From the NCBI GenBank assembly GCA_023213395.1, contig CM041465.1, forward strand, positions 215,891,741-215,955,740: a stretch of 64,000 bases of DNA. The letters run 5' to 3'. This document shows positions 1-12,816 of this stretch, piece after piece. Under the pieces are notes generated by a model. The model was given only the letters and a program-made list of their open reading frames with translations. It did no database searches and was not told where the DNA came from. A program made the translations under genes and the position numbers. The stretch comes from Cycas panzhihuaensis. Taxonomy: Eukaryota > Plantae > Cycadophyta. Within the stretch, counting starts at the first letter, position 1. Each line of letters begins with the position of its first letter.

Positions 1-1195
1 GTGCCTTCCTCAATGGTTATATTGAAGAGGATCTCTATGTCACTCTACCCCTTAGTTTTAAAGTTAAGGGGGAAGAAAACAAAGTGTACAAACTTAAAAA
101 GGCACTTTACATATTGAAATAAGCACCCAAGGCCTGGTATTCTCGAATTGACAAATACTTTAGAAATCAAGGCTTTAAAAAATCTCAAGCAGACCCAAAT
201 CTCTATATCAAAATTAAGGGAGACTTTATCCTAATTGTAGGGCTCTATGTAGATGATCTTGTCTACACTGGAAATGATTCCCATTTGTTTTGAAACTTTA
301 AGGAAGCCATGTGTAAAGAGTTTGAAATGACAGATTTAGAACTAATATATTACTTCTTAGGTTTGAAGGTATAGTAACATAAGAATGGCATCTTCATCTC
401 CTAATGGAAATATACCATGGATTTATTACAAAAGTTTAGGATGATCGACTGTAAATTATTGGCAACTCTAGTAGAAATAAGAATTAAGCTTTCCAAATTA
501 GATGACTCTATACCAATTGATCCTACACTCTATAGACAACTAATCGACAAATTGACTTACCTGATATCCACTCGACCAAATATGACACATTTAGTTAGTG
601 TTGTATCCAGATTTATGCAAGATCCGAAGACCACTCATTGGCAAGTAGCCAAAAGAATTCTTCGTTATCTTAAAGGTACTTTAAAATATGGGCTATATTA
701 TAAAGCTTCGTCAAATTTTCAGTTGATAGGTTATACAAATTCAGATTAGGTAAGCGACATCGATGACAGAAAATCAACTTCAGGTTCTTTATTCAATATG
801 GGGTTGACAACTATAGCATGGAGCACTAAGAAATAAAATACAATTTTCCTATCTACAATCGAAGCAGAGTATAAAGCAGTTGTTGCTGGCGCATGTGAAA
901 TAGTATGGCTAAAACGATTGCTGCAAGACTTTCAGTTAAAATAGAAAGGCCCTACGAAAATTTGATGTGATAATCAAAGTACAATACAGATGGCTAAGAA
1001 CCCAGTTTTTCATGGCAAAATGAAATATATTGATACGTAATATCACTTTATTCAAGAGCTAGTACAAGCAAAAGAGATTGAATTGGCATATTATAGCACC
1101 AAGGACCAAGTGGTAGATATCTTCATAAAAGCATTAGGTAAAATCAAATTTTAGAAATTCAGAGACAAATTGGGAGTTCTTCACATTAGTCATTA
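1..1195 (+). mobile_element. Ty1/copia retrotransposon remnant: RT C-terminus and RNase H, with stops; runs off the left edge
   Basis: Translations give AFLNGYIEEDLYV, KQAPKAWYSRID, LYVDDL, TRPN..HLVSVVSRFMQDP..HWQVAKRILRYLKGT, DRKSTSG and CDNQS. Confidence 0.95.
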
Positions 1196-1205
1196 TGGGG
1201 GAGAA

Positions 1206-1564
1206 TATTGAGATAATGCCCAATTTTCCTATACAAATATGTACTTAGGGCCCCTCAAAGCCACCTTAGGCCTCCCTAGGTCACCTTGGGCCACTTAGCA
1301 GCCGTCAGTAGCCATCAAAGGAGTTGACGTATCTACCTAAGGTAAGTATTTAATTTATTATTCAATATTTTAATTTTATTTTTGAATTTTGAATGTTGTC
1401 AGGTAGAGACACTTGTTGCCTCCTCAAATTACTCTACAAATAGGGTTGGAATACCTCCCTGTTGTTTTTTAACACCACCAACTTACTATTCAGAGATTTA
1501 TTTTTTATTTTAAAACAATGCACTCATACTTATAATCTACCTGCTCTGCACCTCACTTCCAACA
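1206..1564 (+). repeat. 3' LTR of the left-edge copia element, preceded by a polypurine tract
   Basis: GGGGGAGAA PPT at about 1197-1205 follows the end of RNase H. The LTR starts TATTG (decayed TGTTG) and ends CCAACA. Confidence 0.7.
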
Positions 1565-4500
1565 TCCTTAACCTCCAATTCAAAATAATATAAAATAATG
1601 CTAATGCACAATAAAACAACCTTACCTTAACTTACCATGTATATGCTCATACGTTTCTAAGGTGGGAGTTAAGTAAGGAATATTAACCCCATTAATTTAT
1701 GTTTTTGACTATGTTGTATGCAATTTTCTTTTTTTTTTTTACTAATCTTACATGTTGCCACCCAAAATTTGTGGTAACTCCTCCTCCTTCACCCAAAAAC
1801 CCTCAAAACTCTTCATATTGATCATTATGACAATTGCATCTTGGAAGCAAAGAAAAAAAGAGAAGAAAAGAATGAGAGTAAAAGGAAAAGAGATTTAGAG
1901 ACTTAGAGGTTTTGTTCTCATATTGTTTTGAAACTTACAAGAATGTTTATTTTCTGCTAAATCTCTAATTTGAGCTTTAATATTATTCTCAGAGGTTTAA
2001 TAATATTTTTTTACCATTTTTCTTTTAATTTTTTGAAGGTTTTTTACTCATGTTGTGCCTAGTTTATGCTATCTTCTTCATCTTGGCTCTTATTTCTTTT
2101 CCTTCTAGCTGTGGTGGTTATTTCCTTGGAAAAATCTACGTTGAAAGGTCAACCCTTTATGGGATTCAAAGGGATCAACTATAGATAAGAGAGTTCTTCC
2201 TCTTCATCATAATTCATAGTTTTTTTCCTCCCATTCTTCAAAGCAGTTAAGATTCTTTCCAAAAGGTGTTTGTCTCATTTCTCTTGTTTTAGTGATAGTC
2301 CTCTGATTTCTTCTTAATTTTTTTTCTCTTTGTTGCATGTTTTAAAGGAAAAAAAATGATGAAAGATTAGTTAATAAGGGGAAGATTACTATACTGAGGT
2401 ACAAACATGGTAGTCTACATTGAGTAATCTTATAATTATTTGAAATGCTTTATTTGATTCTTTATTTTCCCTCTCTTCTTTAAAAAGATGCACAAATAAG
2501 AAAGAGTAAAGAAATTGAACTTTGCATATCCATTTTTAGTCCTTTCTTTCACAAGAGATAGGATGAATTCATAGATTTTCTTAGTTGCATGTGGTTTCAA
2601 TTATTGTGAGATCATTCTATAATCTTATCTTGGCTTCTCAAACGATTATATGAACAAACTTTTACGTGCATGTTAATGGAAATAATTGCATGTTATATTT
2701 TATGAGTTGTTATATTGTTTTGAAAAATTTCCATGTTTGAAAAGTTGTAAATCCTATTAGAGAATCTTGTATGCAAGTGGTAAAGTTTAAAGAGCTCTAT
2801 ATGTCTTCAAGCTTCATTAATCGATATGTATTAGAGCTTTCCTTATAAAGTTTGTTTCTTAAGTCCTTTCATTTAAAATAAAAATTTTGCTTTAAGAGTT
2901 TTAAAACAAGTTTTAGTTGGTTTAAATAGTATTTCCTTAAGAAAAAAGAAAAAAAAGTGTGGTTTCTGGTGCAGTTTTTCTTTGTTTTAGTTAAATACTC
3001 ATTTTCATATAAATTAATTTTGTGAGATGTATGATGTTGTGAGTGCTTAATATCTTTTCCTTTAATTGAGTAAACCTGAAATGTTAAAAGTTGTAAGGGA
3101 AGGAATAGAAAGAAAGGAACATTATTAGTATAACTCTGAGCTCAGATCTCCTCCACTTGATTGTGTAGGATAGTGTATTCCTTCACCGAGTTCCATTCAC
3201 ATACCCTAGCCTCTTATTCTTTATATTAGAAATCATACAACTGAGTGGAGACTCCTCCTTAGGAGTTGGTAAAGGTGGTCTTAGGGTTCCTATAGGTTGA
3301 CATATCTTCCAATATTTAGTTGAAATAGAAGAATCATAAAGCTATTAAGAGGTACTTAACCTAGACTGATTATCAAACGAATCATCCTTTGCTTTCTATT
3401 CATAGTGCTATGAATTTAAGGGATTGGGTGCTAGACTATTGATAGTTTATGGTTTCCTTTTGTTTATTAATTGTATACTTCATTCTCTGATTTAATATAT
3501 ATTATTCTTTGTTTGCCTTAAAAAAAAAAACACATAAATTAATAATATAAATATAAATTATAATAAATAACTGTTAGCCATCGAGAATGTTGTATCTATA
3601 GAAAGTTAAATTAACAAATAAACTAACACACATATAATTCAAATACCCTTCATTAATTTATAACAAACTTAATAAATAAAGTTAACACCATCTTAAACAA
3701 TGTTGACTTCAACCCATTTACAATGTACACACTTCAACATAACACCAAAAAGTGAAAAAGAAAACACAACAAAAATGCAACCAACCAAATACTACCATTC
3801 AATTCCACAACATAAAATAAAAGCATGTTTAATTCATATTTGAAAATAAAACCCACAAAACACTATCACACCCAAATTTTCATAGTTTTATATAGTCTAA
3901 AATAAAACATAAAAGCATCCATAAGAAACAAAAAAAATCTATGGATATATATGAAAATTAAAATTCCCTTTTCAATAATTTAATTTATATCTATTTAAAT
4001 TATTGTGTTCAAATTAATAATTGCTTACAGTTTATTTTATACATATAATCAAATAATACAACATATATGAAGTCTAATAAAAATGATAATAAAAATATAC
4101 ACATGCATAATAATATATTTATTAAATGAAAAATGTCTCAACACACATACTAATAATAAAAATGTAAATTCCAGAAAGGAAATAGTCATAAATATTCATA
4201 TACATATTTTGTAGGGGGTGTCGAATCAACAAATGTAATATCATATATACAACCAAAATACATTTTATTAATCCACCATAAATATAATAAATAAAGGCAA
4301 AAAGAAGAAGAAGAACTAAAATACATATTAAAAACAATGTCAAGTCACTTCTACCATAATGGTCCATACATAAAAACGTATAACCCACCAAATGTACAAC
4401 AACACCACAACTACCATAATACGCAAACGATTAAAAATCTACTTTTTAAGATTTTTACTCGCAAAAGGCACAAACACATAATTGTTTACATTTCAATGAA

Positions 4501-5089
4501 ACTCTTATTATCATTTTATTGGAATCAATAAACTATTTGAATAAAAATATAATATTTATAAAATACAATGAAGAAGAGATATCCTCTAATACATATCATA
4601 ATTATATTTAACTAAGTGATTGGCATAACCACCTTAACTCAAAAGTTTAGAGCATTGGGCATAGCAATACAATTAGGAAGATAGAGAACTTGGCACAAAA
4701 ATAGAAAAACCATAACATATTTTGGCTTACAAACATCACTTGCACTCTCACTCTATAAATTTCTCCCTAAGAATGTCAATGGAAGAAATGCAAGCTATTC
4801 TACAATGAAAATTTATACAAAATTTAAAAATCAAAAAGAAAAAAATTATTGGAACCATTTGGAGTCGAGAACCACCTTTAGTCTTTATTCAATTATAAGT
4901 AAAAAAAATAGAAATCATATCATTTAAAGTTCTAAAAGTGCGTTTCATTCAAATAATTACAAATTCACAACACTATCGTATTATTACTGTTTCCGAAAAG
5001 TAACAGCAATATAATAATAATAATGAGGAGGAAGAAGAAGAATAATAAAAAACCTGCACATTACCATATTTCAGGAACCTTTTTAACCA

Positions 5090-5700
5090 GAAAGGCGAGC
5101 AGTGGGTCCTTGGAGCCTTGTCCAAGCTATAGATGGAGTGGTTAGATCCCTAGCGTTTTTGGGAAAGCGTACGATAGATAAGCGAGCAGAGCCCCAGAAT
5201 CGTCACTCAATGCGTGTATGGGGAACCCTGGGTCCCCCCAATTTTAGAAGAGGCGCCTGCAACGGCCTCTCATTAGAGGGGACTCGGACCTACGGGGGAT
5301 CCAATTCTCGACACAAGCAATTATTTCGTACCGCACCTCCCTCCGAACGGAGGGACACGAGATTTGGGAGTATAACCAGGTGGGGCCCCATATCTATCAT
5401 ACCCTCTTGCGTGTCGTGCCCTCGTTCCGTCCTCTGGTGCCATGCCGCAGCGGGCCCCACCCGACGGGGATATCCCACCAATCGTGACGAGGCTTACCTC
5501 GCATACAATCGCGTGATTGGGAGTCGAACCTGCGGCAGGGCACATCGCACCTGCCGAGTGCGATGCGTCGGCCCGCTCGTGTCTCCGAGGGGGATTTAAA
5601 TATTACCTTTAAAACGCGAAACACGCTGAATCGCTGAGTAAAAGCGACGGGGCAGCGGGGAATTTTGTGAAAGCAATAAAATAAGGAGGTATCGTGTGCT
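5090..5700 (+). promoter_or_regulatory. CpG/GC-rich proximal promoter of the DUF936/CORD gene with three class-I TCP-type GGNCCCAC sites
   Basis: Composition switches abruptly from AT-rich to CpG-rich. GTGGGTCC 5102-5109, GTGGGGCC 5380-5387 and GGCCCCAC 5453-5460 match the motif. An AT-rich TATA-like TTTAAATA lies at about 5596-5603. Confidence 0.6.
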
Positions 5701-6553
5701 TTGTTGGCGGGAGGACGGGATTTGAAACGGCAGGGTTGACTCGCGGTTACCCCGGGTGTTGACTCTGGTTAAGATAAGATATCATGCGAACTTTATGTGT
5801 GCTGTTGAAGAAAGATTGATGGTCGCTTTCGGTACTTGGGTGGGCTTTTAACGTCGAATTGTTCGCAGGGTCACGCCACTAAATGCGTAAGGAAGAGGAC
5901 GAGGTTTCAACATCTGCGAAAGTGAGTTAACCGCTGTAGACGGAAACTGGTAACGTTGACGTATTATACGTTTTATTCTCGTTCGTTTGCTCTATTTCAG
6001 TACAGAGTATTTTCGATGCATATCGGAGTCACAGAATTGGAATTTGTTGCAGACGGGCGGATTTGCCGTCTCGAATGACTGGTTTTTGGGAAAATATTGA
6101 CGGGGAACGCAGTCTTCCTTCCGTCAAATGAAGCATCGTTTTATCTGAAATGGTCTGGACGGGCCCGAGAAAAAACGTTCGGCGTCCTGCTGTTAAAAAT
6201 CCGGGGGAATGTGCAAATTTTCAAAGATTTTATCGGTTCTTCGCTTTCTGGACGTACCGCAAGTTTCATAAACTCGGTATCTGGGATTTGGACGAAGTTG
6301 GATGTCTTTTGAACTCAATATCTGGGATTCGGATGAGGTTGCAGGGCTGCCAAAGAGTTTCGCAGCGAATTGAGCCGTTTGCATTCCGACAATGTTTCCG
6401 ACATCACGTATTTCAGGGTTGGGAAGAGCGCAGAGAAGGGCATGCTGGGAGCGAAATGGTTTCTGGCTTGCAGCGCCTGTAACAAAATGGCCGGGTGCCC
6501 GTGACGCGAACAGAATATTTCGTCTGTAGATATTGCTTGTGTTAAAACTGGAG

Positions 6554-7675
6554 ATGGCATCGCTGACGCCGGGAATACTGTTAAAGCTGTTGCAGTACAT
6601 GAATTCGGATGTTAAGGTTGGTGGGGAATACCGGTCTGTCCTGTTGCAGGTCATTAGTATCGTGCCGGCTCTGGCAGGGAGTGAGCTATGGCCGAAAAAA
6701 GGCTTTTTCGTTAAGGTTTCCGATTCTTCGCATTCGACTTACGTTTCGTTAAATGACGAGGATAACGAGCTCATTCTGACTGATAAGCTGCAGCTGGGCC
6801 AGTTTATTTACGTCGAGAAGTTGGAAGCGGGGTCTCCGGTGCCCGTTCTCAGAGGTGTAAAGCCCGTTCCGGGAAGACATCCGTGCATTGGAAATCCAGA
6901 GGATCTGATGGCGAGAATAAATCCTTCCAAGGGAGGCAGGGCTGCCAAAGTTTCGGCTTCAAATGGCGGGAGTAATAAGTTTCTCGACAAACCTGCCTCA
7001 GCTGGATTTGACTTGCCGTCAAAAGTTGTCAATCGTGCTCTGGCTGCGAATCTGACGAATATTTTCTCGCCTTCGGACCGGCCATCAATTAACGTTGCTG
7101 TAAGAATGAAGCAGCTCAGAGGTGCTGCTGTGCCGTCGGAGAATGCTCCTGTGGTTGATGACGACGACGACGACGATGCTGATAATAACAGTAATAGTAA
7201 TAACAACAACAATAATAATAATAGTAGGAATGAAGAAAAACCCTCGGCATCTGCTGCAAAAATGGTCAAGTCTGGAGCAGTCCAAGCGCCATTCCCCGCA
7301 AACCGTGTTAATTCTCGTTCATCCCCTGTCGCATCGGTGGCTCAAGATGAGAGGAAGGTTGTTATCAAGGAAGATCCAATCGCTGTTCCTTCCCGATACA
7401 GACAAGGTTCTCCAAATGCAGGGAAAACAGCTCAATCATCCCAGGCTGCAATGACAACTCCCCAGGCGATCCCTAAAAAAGTGTTGTCGAGGGCTTCTAG
7501 TATTGGCAGGATGTCTCCTAACAAGAGAAAACCGATGGGTTGTATTTCTAAAACCACGGACTCCCCTCCTGTTAGTGGTAAGGCCCTATGTAAGAGCTGG
7601 GAAGGGCCAAACCCGGTCTCAAAAGAGCAGAAAGGAAGGGCCACTTCCAAGAACAAGCGACAAATCAAGGCCCAG
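6554..7675 (+). CDS. CORD: DUF936 / CORD-family (cortical microtubule disordering) protein, coding exon 1
   Basis: [66 protein letters not shown]...[41 protein letters not shown] is the DUF936 N-terminal signature. Phase-0 donor CAG|GTGAG at 7675/7676. Confidence 0.93.
7157..7224 (+). repeat. Coding trinucleotide repeats (GAC/GAT, AAC/AAT) giving poly-Asp and poly-Asn tracts
   Basis: [23 protein letters not shown] in exon 1. Confidence 0.9.
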
Positions 7676-7991
7676 GTGAGTTGCATTTCCGTATCATTTC
7701 CTGTGAAAATGGCATAAGTTGTGTTTGAATACTGTGAGCTGTGTTAAAAGTTCATATGCTGTGTACTGTTACCTGTGTTAAAATGCCATACGCCCCGTTT
7801 AAATGTTGTATCCCATGGTAGAATGCCCAAAGCTTTACTGGTTATTCTTTTTCTGGCAGTTATTCTTGTCGTATCATATGCTGTTATGATCTATTTATTA
7901 TCTTATTGCCCATTCTGGCTGTTAATATTTTAAAATTAGTGATATAAGGTGTAAATTCATTGATAACAGATGCTTGATATCTTTGCTGTAG

Positions 7992-8249
7992 GTTGCCTTT
8001 TCTTCTCGGAGACTAAATGATTCCGATTGCACACCCTCAAAGCAAGAGGATGCTGGTTCCACGGTGGAAACTTCTGAAAACTCAAAAATTCCAATTAAAA
8101 AACCATATGTTTCCCCAAGGAAGAAATATGCACCTTTGGTCGAGCAATCAAGCCATAGCTTACCGCAAATTACTGCCCATGATGAGAAATGGACAGATGG
8201 CAGTGTGCCATGGGATTCTCTTCCGGCCAACCTGATTGAACTTGGAAAG
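7992..8249 (+). CDS. CORD: DUF936/CORD coding exon 2
   Basis: TGTAG| acceptor, in frame with exon 1. Encodes the conserved KWTDGSVPWDSLPANLIELGK. Donor AAG|GTAGA. Confidence 0.88.
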
Positions 8250-8453
8250 GTAGATCCTTGGTTGACTTTGGCTTGTACATGGGGAGTAGACCATTTTGGA
8301 TAGAATGTTTCAGAGAGTTTTGTTAATTTTCTTTGATTTCAGTACTGTTTTAGAATTAGCTAGCCCAAGTTTTGAGGAATTTCTGCTCAGAATTTTGGTG
8401 CAACATCCCTTGATATGGCTTTTGATTGTTTATAAAATATTGTATTTCCTCAG

Positions 8454-8545
8454 GATGTTTTGAAATGGCGGAATGCTGCTTCCATTGCAGCAGTTGAGGC
8501 ACTGCAGGAAGCCTCGGCTGCTGAAGCTGTCATACGTAGTTTGAG
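8454..8545 (+). CDS. CORD: DUF936/CORD coding exon 3
   Basis: CCTCAG| acceptor. Encodes DVLKWRNAASIAAVEALQEASAAEAVIRSL, the conserved family motif. Phase-2 donor AG|GTAC. Confidence 0.9.
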
Positions 8546-10966
8546 GTACTTTGTTGCAAACGTCTTGATCCAATTCCAATTTTCAGTATATGTTCATCAA
8601 TGCTTTTTGAGTATGATAAATTTGTTTATGGAGATCATAACCAGATGTAAGACATGGGATTTCATTGCACCTTTTAGCATCTGAAAAAACACCTGCTCTG
8701 GTTTGAGGGACATATATTGCAATCTATTTTGTACAGCCCTGGATAACAATATCTCATGCTCAACTGCTCCATCTTTGAGGCTTGCCTTCCCACTCAAGTT
8801 CTTGTTTTCACGGTTTGATGAGCTCTATTATGTGTATCATGTACCACATATAAACTATGCTTCGTAATACATAGAGCTAGGCACATTTTTAAAATGTTTT
8901 CATAATAAGCTGGTCCTCGTGAACTTTAAGTTAGGACCACAGGTTAAGGAAATCCAGTTTAGATAGTGAGCCAGCTAGGAGAGATTCCTATTAGTTAGGT
9001 ATAATTGATCTTCGGTTACAAACTATCTATCATAGTAGATTGCCTGTCAATCTGCACCTACCTAACCCTCTTCTTCCATCTTTAAAAGAGCAAGGGGGTG
9101 CTCTTTGTAATCAGAATAGAGGGGAATAATAATTTTCCATTTTCAAAACTCTGTTCTGCATCTTCTGATGTCATCGTTTGCTCCGATACATCGATTGGTA
9201 TTAGAGCCCATTGATTGTGGCTTGATTTACTATTAAGAGAAGTATTTTATACAAAGGTACGGATAGAAACGTCTGCCAGGGCTTCCAACACCGACCTTTG
9301 GCAGGATTGTTTTGTAGGCTGAAAGAAATCCACAATTAAAACTCAGGGATGCCTGGTGTCAATGTTAGGGAGGTAGAAATTAGAATCACAATGGTCAAAG
9401 TTAAAGGCTAGATCTACATCTTGATCTAATGTTTGAGAGAGACTGCCTCTGATCAACATATACACTGCCAATAGTGTTTATGAAGTGCCCTTGATGGTTG
9501 CAACTTTACTGGCAACTGACAAAGGTGTTGGAGACATCTTTTATTACTTACCAAGGTTGTTGATGATTAGAGTTCTGGATCCATGCCTAGCATGTTAACT
9601 TCTCCAACTCAAAGGCAATAAATAATGCCTTTTACGTGAATAACTCTTTGATCGAACACTCTCAAGAGCAAGTAGTTTGATAGTAGAAGACTATCCCTTC
9701 TATCATCTTGGAAGATCCATAAATGGCATTATAGAAGCACCTAAATGTAGGCATCCTTCTTCCATCCCATTGTTGTGCATTGCAAACTTACTTAAATATG
9801 CCACTCGTGGTTTGTTGTTGCCACTCAACCTCGGTCAGCAACTTAGGAAATGCATCCTTATCAGGCTGGGTGTTGTAGAAACACTAGAGCTATGAAGCTT
9901 TTGATATTAAAGTTGTGGAATCATATGATTTGTTCTCATTCACCTCACCCTTGCAAACATGCTACGCAAAACCTTCATGGGTTTCAGGACATTGAAAACA
10001 AACTTATTATTTAAAGTTAATATAAATTAAAAAAAATCAAATTTAGAATATTCTTTTTCAAAGGAATATTCAATTTGTAATTTGAGGGGAGAGACTTTAG
10101 TATGGAGAATTTTATTATTTTGAGGAATAAAAATTGATGATCAAGAGAGGAAAAAAAAGTAACCAAAGATTATTGTATTATTGCTAAAGGGCTCTTGTAT
10201 AACACATATTTCATTTTTCAGTTGGTCCTATACAAATATGAAAACTTGTACTCAATGCAACAAAAGCTTTTAAAAACATCAACGCTAAGTGTTACACTTG
10301 CACACATTGGCATATAAGCCAAATCATATTTGGTTCATGGTAATATTTTTTAGTGTCAATAACAGATGCTTACATTTGACCTTGTCTACCATTTAAATGC
10401 CTTGGCATGTTTCAATCGTTAGACTTTATTGTGGATTGACACCATGTCTTGCCAAAATACTATAGGTCCAAGGTTGATTAACTTGTAAGAATTTAGAGAA
10501 CATGGATAGTTATAAATGCAAATCATGAATAACATGGTGATAAAATTTCAATAGATGATGAAGATTCAACAACCAAGTACATAAGTTGTCATTACCACTT
10601 CTTTTGCAACAACTCTACACATTACAATTCTAGTTCTCTAATCAATTCCACCACCAACAGTATAATTGTAATCACACCGATAGGAGTAATGCTTACTTGA
10701 ACTATGGGCCACAACATTATCATCAACCCCGCCAAGGCAAATGGTGCCTTCTATTCAACTGCCCTGCATGAGATTGTTGATGCAACCCCACAACTTTGGG
10801 CACAATTGCTTGTTATCTCCCACAACATATATATGGCATTGGCTACAAATCTCATGTGAGATACAATTGTTTTTGAGGTTCTAACAACTTTGCCACTAGT
10901 ACAAGCAATATAACACAATGTTGTGCCAATTACCACTATTCATCACATAGGGAAAGGATTTACTTA

Positions 10967-11140
10967 CTAAGTTACCAAAAATGTCGTCTTAGGTATTTCT
11001 TTTGCATTTTCGAAACATGGAAATATGTTGGGGTTTTTGGCTCGAAATGCGTGGACTTACAGAATAATAACATAATGAGTCAATACATATGTATATGTGT
11101 GTGTGTGTGTTATTCTATTTCCATGTTTCAAGTTACTTGG
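10967..11140. mobile_element. Small MITE-like insertion in the first internal region
   Basis: Absent from the paralogous second internal region. Terminal inverted CTAAGTTAC/GTTACTTGG and a perfect 14 bp internal inverted repeat, GAAACATGGAAATA (11012) / TATTTCCATGTTTC (11116). Confidence 0.6.
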
Positions 11141-12816
11141 CTTAATCAACTTAGCCTCTACTTCATTCAATTTTTCTTAGCACCCATAGGACGACCATTC
11201 TTTACGAGCACACTTTTTGCTACCAAGCCATATCATACATCTTCATACTTGGTAGACAAGAAGAGCATGGCATGCTTCTTGCAAGCCATCATAGACATTG
11301 CTTTCACATCTATTGGTGTCCATGGAATTAGGGGCAATTTCCTTTGAAAAATGGAGGAATTGATGTGCTTTATTATGCATATCATGTACCATAGATCTAC
11401 TATGGTGTATAACACACATAGCTAACTATTTTATTTTACTTTTACTTTTTAATGCTTTCATAATAAGTGGGTCCTCATATACTTTAAATTAGGGCTACAA
11501 GTTAAGGAAGCTAGTGTAGACAAGGAGTTAATTAGTTGATTTAGTTGGGAGAGATTCCTATTAGTTAGGTGTAGTTGATCTTCAATTACAAAGTAACTAT
11601 AATTAGTAGATTGCATATCAATGTGCATCCACCTCTCATCTTCCATCTATGAAAGAAGGGGTGCACTTTGTGATTAGAATAGAGAGGAATAATAGTTCTC
11701 CATTTTAGAAAATTTATTTCTCATCTTTATTGTTTGTTTCAAAACATTATTTGGTATTTGAGCTCATTGATTATGGCCTAATTTATTATTTGGAAAAGCA
11801 TTCTATACAAGGCTATGGATAGCAATGTTTGTTAACACTTCTATTGCAAATTTTTTGGCAGAATTGATTTGTAGGCTAAAGGAGATCAACAAGTGAAACT
11901 TTGGGATGTTTGGCGTCTATGTCAGGGAGCTAGGAATTAGAATCATGATGGTGAAAGTTAACAACTAGATCTGCATCTTGATCTAATAATTACTAAAGAC
12001 TTCCTTTGATTAATGTATACATTGTCAACAAGCAGTGTGAATTGCGTAGGTGAAATACCCTTGATGGTTGTAGGTGATGAAGACATCTTCTGATGCTTAG
12101 CAAGGCTATTGATGATTAGAGTTGTGGATCCATGCCTAATGTGTTAACCTCTCCAACTCAAAAGGCAATAAACAATGCATTCTATACACACAACTCCTTG
12201 GTTGGACACTCTTATGAGCAAGTAGTTTGATAGTAAAAGATTGTTCCTTTTGTCAGCGTGGAAGATCCATCAATGGAATGATAGAAGCACCAGAGTGTAG
12301 ATTGCCTTCTTCCATCCTGCAATTGTGCATCGGAAACCTATTGAGATATGCCACTTGTGGCTTGTTGTTGCCACTCGAAGTTGACCCACAACTTGGAAAA
12401 TGCGTCCTGGTCGAGTTGGGTGTTGCGGGAATGGCATATTTGTGGAGTTACCAATATGATCTAAAGCAAAAATGTTTGATTTGCTCTCATTCACCTAGCC
12501 TTTGCAAATATGCTACTCAAAATCCTAGCGAGTTTTAGGATACTAAAGAGAAAAAGAAAATATTAAAGTTAATGTAAAGGAGGGAAAAAAATTCAAATTT
12601 AGAATATCCTTTTCAAAGGAATATTTTATTTGTGATTTGAGGGGAGAGACTTTAGTGTGGAGTTTTTTATTATTTTATGGAATGGATATGGATGACCAAG
12701 AGAGAAAAACCAAGTAACCAAAGATTACTATATTGCCACGTAAAACTCTCGTAACACATATATTTCACTCTCTAAGTGGATCTTATGTAAATATTATAAC
12801 TCATACTCAACATAAC

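Noticed and set aside
1565-3600. LTR-like non-coding sequence with local hairpins at about 3150-3250
   Set aside because: It is probably old TE-derived sequence, but no boundaries, PBS or TSD could be defined.
5102-5624. Several overlapping ORFs of 63-165 aa
   Set aside because: They are by-products of the GC-rich promoter, mostly have non-ATG starts, and encode no recognisable protein.
6808-7686. Antisense and alternative-frame ORFs with poly-Leu or poly-Ile
   Set aside because: They are shadows of CORD exon 1 and its trinucleotide repeats.
8816-8830. TGATGAG at the LTR start suggesting a hammerhead ribozyme (retrozyme)
   Set aside because: There is no CTGATGA core with a downstream GAAA and supporting stems. 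It is simply the LTR terminus.
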